This document shows, one piece after another, positions 34,091 through 43,283 of a DNA stretch of 64,000 bases. Source of the DNA: an uncultured Spirochaetota bacterium. Its GTDB lineage: Bacteria > Spirochaetota > Spirochaetia > Treponematales > UBA12059. The notes beneath the pieces were generated by a model. That model saw nothing but the letters and a program-made list of their open reading frames with translations. It was not told the origin of the DNA and ran no database searches. The translations under genes and the position numbers were made by a program. Position 1 is the stretch's first letter, and the number at the start of each line of letters is the position of its first letter. The stretch covers positions 8,816 to 72,815 of the forward strand of contig CALMRC010000087.1 in the NCBI GenBank assembly GCA_937873275.1, written 5' to 3'.

Positions 34091-35122
34091 ATGCTGTACC
34101 ATCTGTACTATTTTTCCGGCACAGGGAACACCGAGCACGGCGCCCGGAGAATCGCCGAAGCCTTGGAGAAGGACGGCCACGAGGTGCGGATGCTCTACAT
34201 CTCCCGCACCGCCCGGCCCTTGCCGGAGCGCCCGGACCGCCTGATCCTGGCCTTCCCGACCTATTCCTGGCGGCCTCCGGTCCTGGTGGCGCGGTTCTTG
34301 ACGCGCCTGCCCCGGGGAGGCGGGACCCCGGCCGCGGTCTTCACCACGGACGGAGGCGGATCCTTCGGATCCGTGGACGTCGCCGGGCGCATGCTCCGAC
34401 GGAGGGGCTACCGGGTAGTGCTCAAGGGGGCCGCCCATTACCCCGTCAACTGGGTCGAGATGTTCCCCGCCCCGGGCGGAGAGGAACGGGCCCGGTCCGT
34501 GGAGGCGGGGGACGCCGGGGTCGACGCCTTCGTGCGGGCTCTCCGGGCCGGGACTCCCCTGCAGAGGGAGCGAAGCAAGATCGACGGACTCCTGGACTTC
34601 GTGGGCATCCTCTTCGGCGCCTTCGGGCGTCACTTCCTGGGCAAGCTGTTCATAGCCGACGAGGACTGCACTTCCTGCGGGCTCTGCGCCCGGACCTGTC
34701 CCTCCGGGGCCATCGTCCTGGGCAAGGGTCCGACGGCCCGGCCCCGGTGGACCTGGGGCTGCGAATCCTGCAACCGCTGCATCAACACCTGCCCGACCCG
34801 GGCGATCAACACCTCCCCGGTCCGCGGAATCGCCCTTCTCGCCCTGTCGACACTCGCCGTGGTCCTGGGGTTCCGGTTGTTCGGACCGGCGTCGGCCTTC
34901 CTGCGGGGGGCCCTGCCTCCCGCCGCGGCCTCCCTGGCGAACATCGCCGCGGGATTCCTCATCGTCGCGACGGGTCCGATCCTGGCCCTCACGGTCCTGG
35001 ATGCCCTCATCCTCCGGCCGCTCCTGGCAATCCCCGCCCTTCGGACATGGGCCGGCCGCAGCTTCACGAAGGGCTTCCCGCGGTACTCCTTCGAGGGTTT
35101 CAAGCCGCCTTCGGAGCACTAG
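34091..35122 (+). CDS. EFR1-type ferredoxin (flavodoxin-like N-terminus, 2x4Fe-4S, membrane tail)
   Basis: ATG at 34091 after AGGAGGAAGG, 343 aa. YFSGTGNT. CTSCGLCARTCP and CESCNRCINTCP. C-terminal TM helices. Confidence 0.75.
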   Translation: MLYHLYYFSGTGNTEHGARRIAEALEKDGHEVRMLYISRTARPLPERPDRLILAFPTYSWRPPVLVARFLTRLPRGGGTPAAVFTTDGGGSFGSVDVAGRMLRRRGYRVVLKGAAHYPVNWVEMFPAPGGEERARSVEAGDAGVDAFVRALRAGTPLQRERSKIDGLLDFVGILFGAFGRHFLGKLFIADEDCTSCGLCARTCPSGAIVLGKGPTARPRWTWGCESCNRCINTCPTRAINTSPVRGIALLALSTLAVVLGFRLFGPASAFLRGALPPAAASLANIAAGFLIVATGPILALTVLDALILRPLLAIPALRTWAGRSFTKGFPRYSFEGFKPPSEH

Positions 35123-35156
35123 CGGAGATCCGGCGGATCCGCTCGGAGTACTCCGC

Positions 35157-35184
35157 TTGCCCGTCCCGGCCGATCCGGTATACA
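35157..35184 (+). promoter_or_regulatory. putative promoter TTGCCC-16-TATACA
   Basis: -35 at 35157-35162, -10 at 35179-35184. Short leader with GGAGG before the ATG at 35207. Confidence 0.35.
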
Positions 35185-35206
35185 ACGTCCTCCCGGAGGA
35201 TCCACC

Positions 35207-35689
35207 ATGAGCGACACCTGTCCCTGCGGCTCGGGCCGCGAATATTCCGCCTGCTGCGGCCCGATCATTTCGGGCGCCCTCCGGGCTCCGACCGCCGAAG
35301 CCCTGATGCGCTCCCGATACACCGCCTACGTGAAAGGCGAGATCGACCACATCCTGGCCACCTACGCCCGGTCGGACGGCGCCGACCGCAAGGCCACCGA
35401 GGACTGGAGCCGCAAGGCCGTCTGGAAGGGCCTCTCGATCCTCCGCGTCGAGAAGGGGGGGATCGGGGATTCCGAGGGTCTCGTGGAGTTCTCCGCGAAG
35501 TACGAGATGGACGGCCGCTCCGAGGAGCACCGGGAGACGGCCCGGTTCGTCAAGAAAACCGGCGCCTGGCTCTACGATTCCGGGGACGTCCGGACCGAGA
35601 CGGTCGTACGCGCCGGTCCCAAGGTGGGAAGGAACGATCCCTGCCCCTGCGGTTCCGGGAAGAAGTACAAGCACTGCTGCGGGAAGTGA
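35207..35689 (+). CDS. YchJ family (UPF0225) protein with SEC-C motifs
   Basis: 160 aa. N- and C-terminal CPCGSG...CC metal-binding motifs. Confidence 0.85.
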   Translation: MSDTCPCGSGREYSACCGPIISGALRAPTAEALMRSRYTAYVKGEIDHILATYARSDGADRKATEDWSRKAVWKGLSILRVEKGGIGDSEGLVEFSAKYEMDGRSEEHRETARFVKKTGAWLYDSGDVRTETVVRAGPKVGRNDPCPCGSGKKYKHCCGK

Positions 35690-35703
35690 GGCCGCGGCTT
35701 TCC

Positions 35704-37092
35704 CTACCCGGTTCCGGACCTTAGCCGTCCGGCGATTAGACCCATTCCCGCCACGACGGCGCCCGCCGCGATGCCCGCGAAGAGCGGATCGAAGGGCAGA
35801 CCCGCCGCCTCCGCGGCCAGCACCGCCGCCAGCCCCGCCGCGCTGGAAGCGGCGGCCCAGCCTCCCCGCATGCGGCCCGGCAGGAATAAGGCCGCGGCCA
35901 TCGGAACCAGGAGAACCGCGGCCCGAAGGCCCATGGACAGGAATCCGAAGGAAAGGATGGTCCGGCCCAGGCTTCCCAGGGTGACCAGGGCGGAGCCGGC
36001 CAGGGCCGCGAGGATCGTGAGGCGCGTGGCCAGGAGTTGGCGCTTTCCGTCCGCCCGGGGATCCAGGCAGGGTTTGTACAGGTCGTTCGCCACGATCCGT
36101 CCGAAGCCCAGGGCCATTCCGGCCCCGGTGCCCACGATGGCCACCAGGAGCGTCGCCAGGAAGAGCCCCGCCCAGGCCGGGGGAAGGTATTCCAGGAGGA
36201 ACCGGGGGAAGGCCTGCCCGGCGGGGAGGGCCGGGAAGGCCAGGCGCATGTGGTACCCGACCAGGACGGCCAGGAAACCGACGGGTGGGATGACGGCCGC
36301 GCTGATCAGGGCCCCGGTCCGGGCGGACCGGTCGTCCCGGGCCGTCAGGACGGCCTGGACGTAGGTCTGGGTGGAGAGGACCCCCAGGGCGACGGAAAGT
36401 CCCGCCCCCAGGTCGATGCCGATCCCCCGGGCGAACAGGTCGAAGTATCGTTCCCGGGGCAGTTCCCGTAGAAAGGCGCCGAAGCCCCCGGAAAGCCGGA
36501 GGGCCATCGTGCCCGCGACCACGGCGGCCAGGTAGATCAGGGTCATCTTGACGATTCCCAAGAGGCCGGCCCCCCGGATACCTCCGAACACCACGTAGGA
36601 GGCCATGAGCAGGGCCGCGATCGCGGCCCGGGCCGGGGCGGAAAGTCCGAAGAGGGTCTCCAGCAGGGCATTCGCGGCCAGCAGCTGGGCGACGATGTTG
36701 ATTAGGAAGCCCGCGGAAGCCAGGACGGAGGCCGCCGCACCCGCGGCGGCGCCGTATTCCCGGCCGATGATCTCCTGGATGGTGCCGCATCGAGCGGCTC
36801 GCAGGGAGCGGCTCATCGCGGCCAGGAGCAGACAGCCCGCGGACGCTCCCAGGGTGAACCACCAGGCGGAAAGGCCGTGCAGGAAGGCAAGCTGGGCGGT
36901 TCCGAGGGTCGAGGAGCCGCCCACCAGGGTTCCGACGATGGTTCCGGACACGAGGACCGGTCCGGCGGCGTTTCCGCCGGTATCGAAGTCCGCGGAATCC
37001 TTGACGTTCCGTCCGGTCAGGAATCCAAGTCCGAGGATGGCGGCCAGGGTCGCCGCCGCGGTCGCGATGAGAGTCGGGGGAAGTCCGGGCAT
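35704..37092 (-). CDS. sodium:solute symporter (SSS) family transporter
   Basis: 462 aa, about 13 TM. SSS-like N-terminal pattern (GRNVKDSADF...GGNAAG). Confidence 0.8.
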   Translation of the reverse strand: MPGLPPTLIATAAATLAAILGLGFLTGRNVKDSADFDTGGNAAGPVLVSGTIVGTLVGGSSTLGTAQLAFLHGLSAWWFTLGASAGCLLLAAMSRSLRAARCGTIQEIIGREYGAAAGAAASVLASAGFLINIVAQLLAANALLETLFGLSAPARAAIAALLMASYVVFGGIRGAGLLGIVKMTLIYLAAVVAGTMALRLSGGFGAFLRELPRERYFDLFARGIGIDLGAGLSVALGVLSTQTYVQAVLTARDDRSARTGALISAAVIPPVGFLAVLVGYHMRLAFPALPAGQAFPRFLLEYLPPAWAGLFLATLLVAIVGTGAGMALGFGRIVANDLYKPCLDPRADGKRQLLATRLTILAALAGSALVTLGSLGRTILSFGFLSMGLRAAVLLVPMAAALFLPGRMRGGWAAASSAAGLAAVLAAEAAGLPFDPLFAGIAAGAVVAGMGLIAGRLRSGTG

Positions 37093-37177
37093 CCGGAGGT
37101 TTCCGCGGGCGGTCCGCGGCGGATCGGAACCGTCCCCGGGCCGGAAGCCCCGGGAACGGCCCGACCCGCGGACGCGG

Positions 37178-38527
37178 TCAGGCCCGCTTGTACGCCTTGA
37201 TGTCCGCCCGGATGCGGGCGGCGAGCTCGGCGCGGGGAACCCGGACCTGCTCCATGGAATCCCGGTACCGAACGGTCACGGTCCCGTCCTCCTTGGACTG
37301 GTAGTCGATGGTGACGCAGAAGGGGGTCCCGATCTCGTCCTGCCGCCGGTACCGACGGCCGATGGCGCCGCCCTGGTCGTAATCCGTGGGGAAGTCCTCC
37401 TTGAGGTCCTTCCGGATATCCTGGGCCAGCTCGGCGAGTCCGTCCTTCTTCATGAGGGGCAGGACCGCCACGGTGACGGGGGCGAGTTCCGGGTGGAAGT
37501 GGAGGACCGTCCGCCAATCGTCCTCGTTGCCTTTGTCGGCGACCTTCTGGTCCTCGTAGGCGTCGCAGAGGACCATGAGGAGCTGCCGGGTGAGGCCCGC
37601 GGAGGTCTCGATGATGTAGGGAACGTACCGGGCGTTGCCGTCGTCCTGGTCGATGTACTGGAGGTCCTTGCCGGAGAACTGCTGGTGTCGGGACAGGTCG
37701 TAGTCCGATCGGTTGTGGACGCCCTCGAGCTCCTTCCAGCCCATGGGGAACTCGTACTCGATGTCGTAGGCGTCCTTGGCGTAGTGGGCAAGCTCCCCGG
37801 GACCGTGGCGGTGCCAGCGGAGCTTGTCCATCCGCACCCCGAGCTTTTCGTAGTACTTCCAGCGCTGGTCCCGCCAGTAGTCGAACCACGTCTCGTCCTG
37901 GCCCGGCTTGACGAAGTACTGCATCTCCATCTGCTCGAACTCGCAGGTGCGGAAGATGAAGTTCTTGGTGACGATCTCGTTCCGGAAGGCCTTGCCCACC
38001 TGGGCGATGCCGAAGGGAAGTTTCATCCGGTTGGACTGGGCGATGTTCTTGTAGTTGACGTAGATTCCCTGGGCGGTCTCGGGGCGCAGGTAGATGAGTC
38101 CCGTGCCGTCGTCCACCGGCCCGATGTTGGTCTTGAACATCAGGTTGAACTTACGGGTGTCCGTCAGCTCGCCGCCGCACTCGGGGCATTCCTTCTTCTC
38201 GAGCTTCTCAGGATCGATCTGGTCCGCCCGGAAGCGCTGCTTGCACTTCTTGCAGTCCACCAGGGGATCCGTGAAGTTCTCCACGTGGCCGGAAGCCTCC
38301 CACACCCGGGGATGCATGAGGATGGCCGCGTCGAGTCCCACGATGTCGTCGTGGAGCTGGGTCATCTCCTTCCACCAGAACCGCTGGATGCGGTTCTTGA
38401 GCTCGATGCCCGCGGGACCGTAGTCCCAGGCGCCGGCCTGGCCTCCGTAGATCTCGGAGGACTGGAAGACGAAGCCTCTCCGCTTGGCCAGGGAGACGAT
38501 CTTCTCCATCGTGACGGTGTTGTCCAT
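37178..38527 (-). CDS. glyQS: glycine--tRNA ligase (alpha2 dimer type)
   Basis: Trimmed to MDNTVTMEKIVSLAKRRGFVFQSSEIYGG... (449 aa), with GCAGGAG SD 6 nt upstream. Class II GlyRS sequence throughout. Confidence 0.92.
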   Translation of the reverse strand: MDNTVTMEKIVSLAKRRGFVFQSSEIYGGQAGAWDYGPAGIELKNRIQRFWWKEMTQLHDDIVGLDAAILMHPRVWEASGHVENFTDPLVDCKKCKQRFRADQIDPEKLEKKECPECGGELTDTRKFNLMFKTNIGPVDDGTGLIYLRPETAQGIYVNYKNIAQSNRMKLPFGIAQVGKAFRNEIVTKNFIFRTCEFEQMEMQYFVKPGQDETWFDYWRDQRWKYYEKLGVRMDKLRWHRHGPGELAHYAKDAYDIEYEFPMGWKELEGVHNRSDYDLSRHQQFSGKDLQYIDQDDGNARYVPYIIETSAGLTRQLLMVLCDAYEDQKVADKGNEDDWRTVLHFHPELAPVTVAVLPLMKKDGLAELAQDIRKDLKEDFPTDYDQGGAIGRRYRRQDEIGTPFCVTIDYQSKEDGTVTVRYRDSMEQVRVPRAELAARIRADIKAYKRA

Positions 38528-38548
38528 GCTGTACTCCTGCTCGCGGTC

Positions 38549-38598
38549 GACGAATGCGAAGCATTTCAATGCGAAGCATTTCTATGCGAGCATTCGTC
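38549..38598. repeat. three tandem 13-bp palindromes (AATGCGAAGCATT x2, TATGCGAGCATT) at 15-bp period, closed by a 9-bp outer inverted repeat
   Basis: Units at 38553-65, 38568-80 and 38583-94. Outer arms GACGAATGC (38549-57) and GCATTCGTC (38590-98). Lies 22 nt upstream of the glyQS ATG. Confidence 0.85.
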
Positions 38599-38762
38599 GC
38601 CGTGGGCACGCGTCGCGCGCCCACGAGCCCTGATTTCGCGCCGCCGACGGTATACGGCGGCTCGCCGGTCGGGCATGGCCTCTTCCCGGGCTCGGTCGGG
38701 AATCGGCGCCCTCCGGTGGTCCGATCCGGCCGGCGTGCCGGCCGGATCTCGACGTGGGCCCG

Positions 38763-38791
38763 AGTATACGGGAAACGGGGAAGAGTTGCTA
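38763..38791 (-). promoter_or_regulatory. weak candidate glyQS promoter TAGCAA-17-TATACT
   Basis: Minus strand: -10 at 38768-38763 (5/6 match), -35 only 3/6. Would give a GC-rich leader of about 230 nt. Confidence 0.25.
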
Positions 38792-38868
38792 CCGGCCGCA
38801 CGGTCGTGCCGAGGGATTCGGGCGGCCGCCGCCCCGGCCGTAATCGCCCCTTCCGAAGCCGGCAACGG

Positions 38869-38897
38869 TTGCGCCGGCCGACCGGAAGTCCTAGACT
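38869..38897 (+). promoter_or_regulatory. putative pyk promoter TTGCGC-17-TAGACT
   Basis: -35 at 38869-38874, -10 at 38892-38897. About 18-nt leader with GGAGG before the ATG at 38922. Confidence 0.4.
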
Positions 38898-38921
38898 TCG
38901 TAGTACCGCGGAGGTCCCACC

Positions 38922-40364
38922 ATGCGCACCCGAGTGAAAAAAATCTGCACCATAGGTCCCGCATGCCGGGACCCTGCAATCCTGGAAAAGCTTCTCGACC
39001 GCGGAATGGACATCGCCCGGCTGAATTTCTCCCACGGGACCCATGAGACGCACGGCCAGGACATCCGCGCCTTGAAGGCGCTCCGGGCTCGGCGCGGAGT
39101 GAACCTGGGCATCCTGATGGACCTGAGCGGGCCCAAGATCCGCCTGGGCGAAGTCCGCGGCGAGCCCGTCACCGTATCGGACGGCCAGGAGATCCGGCTC
39201 TTCCCGGGGACCGAATCCCGGCCGGGCGTTTCCGGCGCGTTCCCGGTCGTCTACCCGCACCTTTCCGCGGACGGACGGCCGGGGAAGCGCATCCTGATCG
39301 ACGACGGCCTCGTCGTTCTCACGGTCCGCGCCTCGGACGCGGACGGACTCGTCTGCGTCGTGGAGCACGGTGGGCCGATCCGGAGCCGGAAGGGCGTCAA
39401 CTTCCCGGGGCAGGTGCTGAGCGCCACGGCTCCCACGGAAAAGGACCTGGACGACCTCCGGTTCGGCCTTGCGGCCGGAGCGGACATGGCCGCCCTGTCC
39501 TTCGTCCAGTCCGCCGACGACATCCGCGCTCTTCGTTCCGCCATGGAGAACGCCGGGAGGATCGTTCCGATCATCGCCAAGATCGAGCGGCCCACGGCCC
39601 TGGAGAGGTTCGACGAAATCCTCTCCGAGGCGGACGCCGTCATGGTTGCCCGCGGCGACCTGGGCATCGAGGCCGACATCTCCCGGATTCCCGTGTATCA
39701 GAAACAGATGATCCGGGCCTGCAACCTCAAGGGCAAGCCGGTGATCACCGCCACGCAGATGCTGGACAGCATGATCCGAAATCCGACCCCCACGCGGGCG
39801 GAGGCCACCGACGTCGCGAACGCCGTCTGCGACAACACGGACGCCGTCATGCTCTCCGGCGAAACCGCCATAGGAGCCTTTCCGGTGGAGTCCATCGCCA
39901 TGATGGACGAGATCGTCTGTCGGGTGGAGGCGGACCCCGACCTCCGCAGACCTTGGGTCGAGCGGGTCCCGGCGCCGGGCCGGGAAAGCAGCGAGGAGGC
40001 CCTGGCCAAGTCGACCGTCGACATCTCGGCGGCCGTCGGCGCCCGCTACATCGTCGCTCCCACCCGCACGGGGCAGACGGCCGGCCTCGTCTCCAACGCC
40101 CGTCCCGGCGTCCCCGTCCTGGCCGTCACAGCCTCGGAGGCGATATTCCACCAGATGTCCCTGCTCTGGGGCGTGGAGGCCCTGCTCCTGCCGGAAACGG
40201 AGTCGGAGACGACGTTCCTGGACACGGTCGAGAGAATCGAGCAGGCCCTTCTAAAGCGTAGGCTCGTCGAGCCGGGAGAATTCGTCGTGGTCGTCGGCGG
40301 TATGCCGCCGCACCGGACCGGCGGGACGAACGTGGTCAAGGTGCACAGGATCGGGTCGGCCTAA
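38922..40364 (+). CDS. pyk: pyruvate kinase
   Basis: 480 aa. Canonical PK sequence (KKICTIGPA...MDIARLNFSHG...MVARGDLGIE). Confidence 0.93.
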   Translation: MRTRVKKICTIGPACRDPAILEKLLDRGMDIARLNFSHGTHETHGQDIRALKALRARRGVNLGILMDLSGPKIRLGEVRGEPVTVSDGQEIRLFPGTESRPGVSGAFPVVYPHLSADGRPGKRILIDDGLVVLTVRASDADGLVCVVEHGGPIRSRKGVNFPGQVLSATAPTEKDLDDLRFGLAAGADMAALSFVQSADDIRALRSAMENAGRIVPIIAKIERPTALERFDEILSEADAVMVARGDLGIEADISRIPVYQKQMIRACNLKGKPVITATQMLDSMIRNPTPTRAEATDVANAVCDNTDAVMLSGETAIGAFPVESIAMMDEIVCRVEADPDLRRPWVERVPAPGRESSEEALAKSTVDISAAVGARYIVAPTRTGQTAGLVSNARPGVPVLAVTASEAIFHQMSLLWGVEALLLPETESETTFLDTVERIEQALLKRRLVEPGEFVVVVGGMPPHRTGGTNVVKVHRIGSA

Positions 40365-40431
40365 CCCGGCGACGGCCGATACGACGGCCGCCCGCCGGGT
40401 TCCAGGTCTCCGTGCAGGACGGCCGCTCGGC

Positions 40432-41748
40432 TTATCCCAGCGCCGGTCCGAGTACCCGATTCATGAGCGACTCGAGACGGAACAGTTCCCTCGTCTTCGC
40501 CCGCCCCAACCCGAAACGGTCTTCCCCGGCCCGGAGCGAGGCCGCCAGCTTCCGGAAATCCAGGACCCGGTAGTCCACGACCTCCCGGTCCCGCCGGCCG
40601 ACGTGCAGGTAGACGGGCAAGGTCTCCAGGGAGGTCACCCTCGTCCCGGGTCTTCCCTCGACCGCACCCTTGGAGATCCGTATCCGGGCCAGGCAGGCGA
40701 GCCGGGAATTCGGCAGGGTCCGGTGGATCGAGAGCAGATCCCCCAGGGCGTACAGGATGAGTCCTTCCCTCCGCGCCCCCGTCGCGTCCGTATAGGCGTA
40801 CCGCTCCGCGGGCTGTACGTTGTGGGGATGGTTTCCGACGATGACGTCGATGCCGAGCTCGATCAGGCGGTGCCCCGTCTCCACCTGGGTCCGGACCGGG
40901 AAGGACTCGAACTCCAGGCCCCAGTGCAGCAGGGCCACGACGGCGTCGGCCCCGGCCTCCCGGGCCGCCCGTACCTGTCGCGCGACGGCGGAGAGATCCT
41001 CGTCCGGATTGTTGAGCCGCACGTAGTTGGCCAGGTATTCCCGGCCTTCCGGAAGCTTTCCCCAGTTGAGTCCGAAGGTGAAGGACAGGAAGGCGATCTT
41101 CACGCCGTTCCGTTCCTCGATCACCAAGGCGTCCCTCTCCTCCGGGCTTCGCGCGGTACCCGCGTGGCGGTATCCCCGCGCATCCAGGAAATCCAGGGTC
41201 TCCCGCAGCCCCTCCTCCCCCATGTCCAGACAGTGGTTGTTGGCGGTGGAGAAGAAGGTCACCCCCCGCCCGTCGTCGACGATCCGGTCGAACATCTCCG
41301 GAGTGTTGTTCATAAGCCCGGGCAGAAGGATGCTCTCCGGTATGTAGCGGGCCGGCAGGGAAGGCGCCACGGGGGACTCGAGGTTCGCGCAGGCAAGGTC
41401 TCCGGAGAAGAAGAAGGAGCGCACGTCATCCCACAGGCTTCCGGTGGTCTCCGGACGGATCCCCGGGTACGCCATCATGTCTCCCCCGACAGCGAGGGTG
41501 AATCCGGCGGCCTCCATATAACCGTCCCGGGGCCGAAAGTCGAGATCCTGGCCGCGGAAATGCTCCTCCAGGCCCGCGCCGGGTTCCGGCTCCTCGATCG
41601 GTCCGAAATAGTACTTGTAGCCCCACCAGTACTTCTCGTCCGCGTCCATGTACGGTCCGTTCCCCTCCAGGGGGCGGGACGCGGAGAACGTCTCCCGGTG
41701 CCGGAATCCGTAGATCCGGCACGCTACCTTCACCTTGAAATCCGCCAT
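40432..41748 (-). CDS. CapA family (metallophosphatase-fold) protein
   Basis: Trimmed to MADFKVKV... (438 aa). CapA-like motifs (GGDMM, ANLESP, ANNHCLD, HWGLEF, GNHPH). Confidence 0.8.
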   Translation of the reverse strand: MADFKVKVACRIYGFRHRETFSASRPLEGNGPYMDADEKYWWGYKYYFGPIEEPEPGAGLEEHFRGQDLDFRPRDGYMEAAGFTLAVGGDMMAYPGIRPETTGSLWDDVRSFFFSGDLACANLESPVAPSLPARYIPESILLPGLMNNTPEMFDRIVDDGRGVTFFSTANNHCLDMGEEGLRETLDFLDARGYRHAGTARSPEERDALVIEERNGVKIAFLSFTFGLNWGKLPEGREYLANYVRLNNPDEDLSAVARQVRAAREAGADAVVALLHWGLEFESFPVRTQVETGHRLIELGIDVIVGNHPHNVQPAERYAYTDATGARREGLILYALGDLLSIHRTLPNSRLACLARIRISKGAVEGRPGTRVTSLETLPVYLHVGRRDREVVDYRVLDFRKLAASLRAGEDRFGLGRAKTRELFRLESLMNRVLGPALG

Positions 41749-41812
41749 ATCGGGCCTTCCTCGGTGGGCGCGGACCGGGTTCCGTTCCCGGCCCGCATCG
41801 CCCGCGCGTCGG

Positions 41813-42532
41813 TCAGGGTTTCGGCTCCTTGGACACCACAGTGATCTGTCCCCGCTTGAACAGGAAGCGGGCGCCCAGGATCGTGACGGGCAGGAGGACC
41901 AGGATCGTGACACCCTCCCAGCCCTTGATCGGGAACACCAGGTAATGGATGACCGCGACCACGAAGAGCGGAAGGATGAAGGCCTTCCACTGTCCCCGGA
42001 TCACGACGGGGCCCGAGTCTCCGCCGGTCAGGAAGGCGACGACCAGGGCGCCGAACAGGGCCGGGAGCACGTTCGCCGTGGCGATCCGCACCGAGGGGTT
42101 CGCGAAGACCGGGGCGAGGGGCGCCAGAAGGAGGGCCGCGACCAGGATCACCGAGGTTGTCACGATGGAGGAGATCGCCACGGAGATGGTGGACAGCACC
42201 TCCCCCTCCTCGCTGGCCGGCTGGACTCCCGCCAGCTTGAGGGCGTTCATGGCGCAGGGCAGCTTGATATTGGACACGTTGCCGGTCTCGAAGGTGAGGT
42301 AGGAGGCTCCCGATCCGAGGAGGGGCACGAAGCTCACGATCTCGGAGAGGGCGATGGGAGTCAGGATGAGGAAGAGCCCCATCGTCGCCTTGAGGGCGGT
42401 GGCCAGGCTGGGAAATATGTCATAGACCGCGCACACCACGGTCGGTATGGCGAACATCAGCACGAAAAAGATCGCGAAGCTGATCCTTCCGAACCGGTTG
42501 ATCCGGGTAAAGTACTGCTCTCGGGTTTCCAT
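41813..42532 (-). CDS. integral membrane protein, family not recognised
   Basis: 239 aa, about 6-7 TM. Lies 10 nt downstream of the preceding membrane-protein gene. Confidence 0.6.
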   Translation of the reverse strand: METREQYFTRINRFGRISFAIFFVLMFAIPTVVCAVYDIFPSLATALKATMGLFLILTPIALSEIVSFVPLLGSGASYLTFETGNVSNIKLPCAMNALKLAGVQPASEEGEVLSTISVAISSIVTTSVILVAALLLAPLAPVFANPSVRIATANVLPALFGALVVAFLTGGDSGPVVIRGQWKAFILPLFVVAVIHYLVFPIKGWEGVTILVLLPVTILGARFLFKRGQITVVSKEPKP

Positions 42533-42542
42533 GGGATCCCTC

Positions 42543-43259
42543 CTACTTCGCCAGCGCCGTCCAGAGAACGGCGGAGCACATTCCGAGGATTAGGCTGAAG
42601 GACAGGATGAAGTTCCCCAGCCAGGCGATCTTGAACTTCCGGGCCAGGAAGCCCTGCAGGAGGGTCAGGGCGATGCTCGTGAAGAAGGTGGCCACCGCCA
42701 CGATTCCCTGTCCGAAGAAGGGGGCCACGAACACGGCCAGGACCGCGTAGTAGAGGACGCCGATGGCGACGATCCCGAAGCTTCCGGCCTTGGCCTTCAT
42801 CTTGACCGCCAGCGAATCCACTTTCTTGATGAACAGGATGTCCAGGATGATGGCGCCCGCGAGCCCCCCGGTCATGGCGTACATGATGGCCCCCAGGGGT
42901 TCCGGCCCGGCCTTCGCGGCGTCCGCGAGCTTGGCGAATCCCAGGGCGCTGGAAGCCATGTTGGCGGCCATGAGCTCGTAGCTGACGCTTCCGATCACCG
43001 AGAGCCGGAACCAGGGCCAGGCGATCCCCAGGCTCGGCGCCATGGCGGCCAGCCCCAGGGCCACCGCGATGGAGGGGGCCAGGGTGAAGACCGCCGAGGA
43101 CTTGATGGTGTTCGAAACCAGCTTCGGATCCATGCCGAGTTCCCGAGCCCGCTTCAGGGACATCCTCAGGAACAGGACGCACTGGACCAGGACGTAGGCG
43201 ATACCCGCCCCGACCAGGACGAAGAGCAGACTCCCGTTTGCCACGTCGAAGAATTTCAC
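42543..43259 (-). CDS. integral membrane protein, family not recognised (possibly a DUF-type transporter subunit)
   Basis: 238 aa, about 6 TM. SD AAGGAGGGGAA. Lies 24 nt downstream of the M20 hydrolase gene. Confidence 0.6.
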   Translation of the reverse strand: MKFFDVANGSLLFVLVGAGIAYVLVQCVLFLRMSLKRARELGMDPKLVSNTIKSSAVFTLAPSIAVALGLAAMAPSLGIAWPWFRLSVIGSVSYELMAANMASSALGFAKLADAAKAGPEPLGAIMYAMTGGLAGAIILDILFIKKVDSLAVKMKAKAGSFGIVAIGVLYYAVLAVFVAPFFGQGIVAVATFFTSIALTLLQGFLARKFKIAWLGNFILSFSLILGMCSAVLWTALAK

Positions 43260-43283
43260 GTTCCCCTCCTTGATTCGGACGAT

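Noticed and set aside
38549-38598. CRISPR-like or mobile-element repeat.
   Set aside because: There are only three units of 12-13 bp with 2-nt spacers. There are no unique spacers, no cas genes, no terminal inverted repeats with target duplication and no transposase. ORF 38554..38937 (MRSISMRSISMR...) is simply the translation of the repeat.
38528-38770. T-box riboswitch upstream of glyQS.
   Set aside because: I read the minus-strand leader and found no T-box sequence (..GGGTGGNACCGCG..), no specifier-loop context for GGC, and no terminator/antiterminator pair with a U-tract. The only GTACCGCG-like string (38900-38910) is on the plus strand within the pyk RBS region.
34013-39046. Very long ORFs 34013..36862(-) of 949 aa and 36605..39046(+) of 813 aa. 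Similar cases are 24580..26880(-), the N-terminal part of 24834..27902(+), 32285..35122(+), 33760..35724(+), 60633..62795(+), 6913..8082(-), 8822..10063(-) and 50260..51798(+).
   Set aside because: All are R/G/P/H/D-biased shadow frames lying opposite to, or offset from, genes with clear family signatures (EFR1, YchJ, SSS symporter, GlyRS, DUF4139, GlnRS, MATE, TRAP permease). No recognisable domains were found.
40432-41913. N-terminal extensions offered by the ORF track for CapA (to 41913), ROK (to 57599), TetR (to 58738), the ECF sigma (to 60903), the S10 peptidase (to 49338), GlyRS (to 38569) and the sugar permeases (to 21847 and 23094).
   Set aside because: The extensions are Arg/Pro-rich, cross intergenic hairpins, terminators or upstream genes, and lack an SD. 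The internal ATG/GTG codons I used have an SD or a 4-nt overlap, and they give N-termini typical of the respective families.
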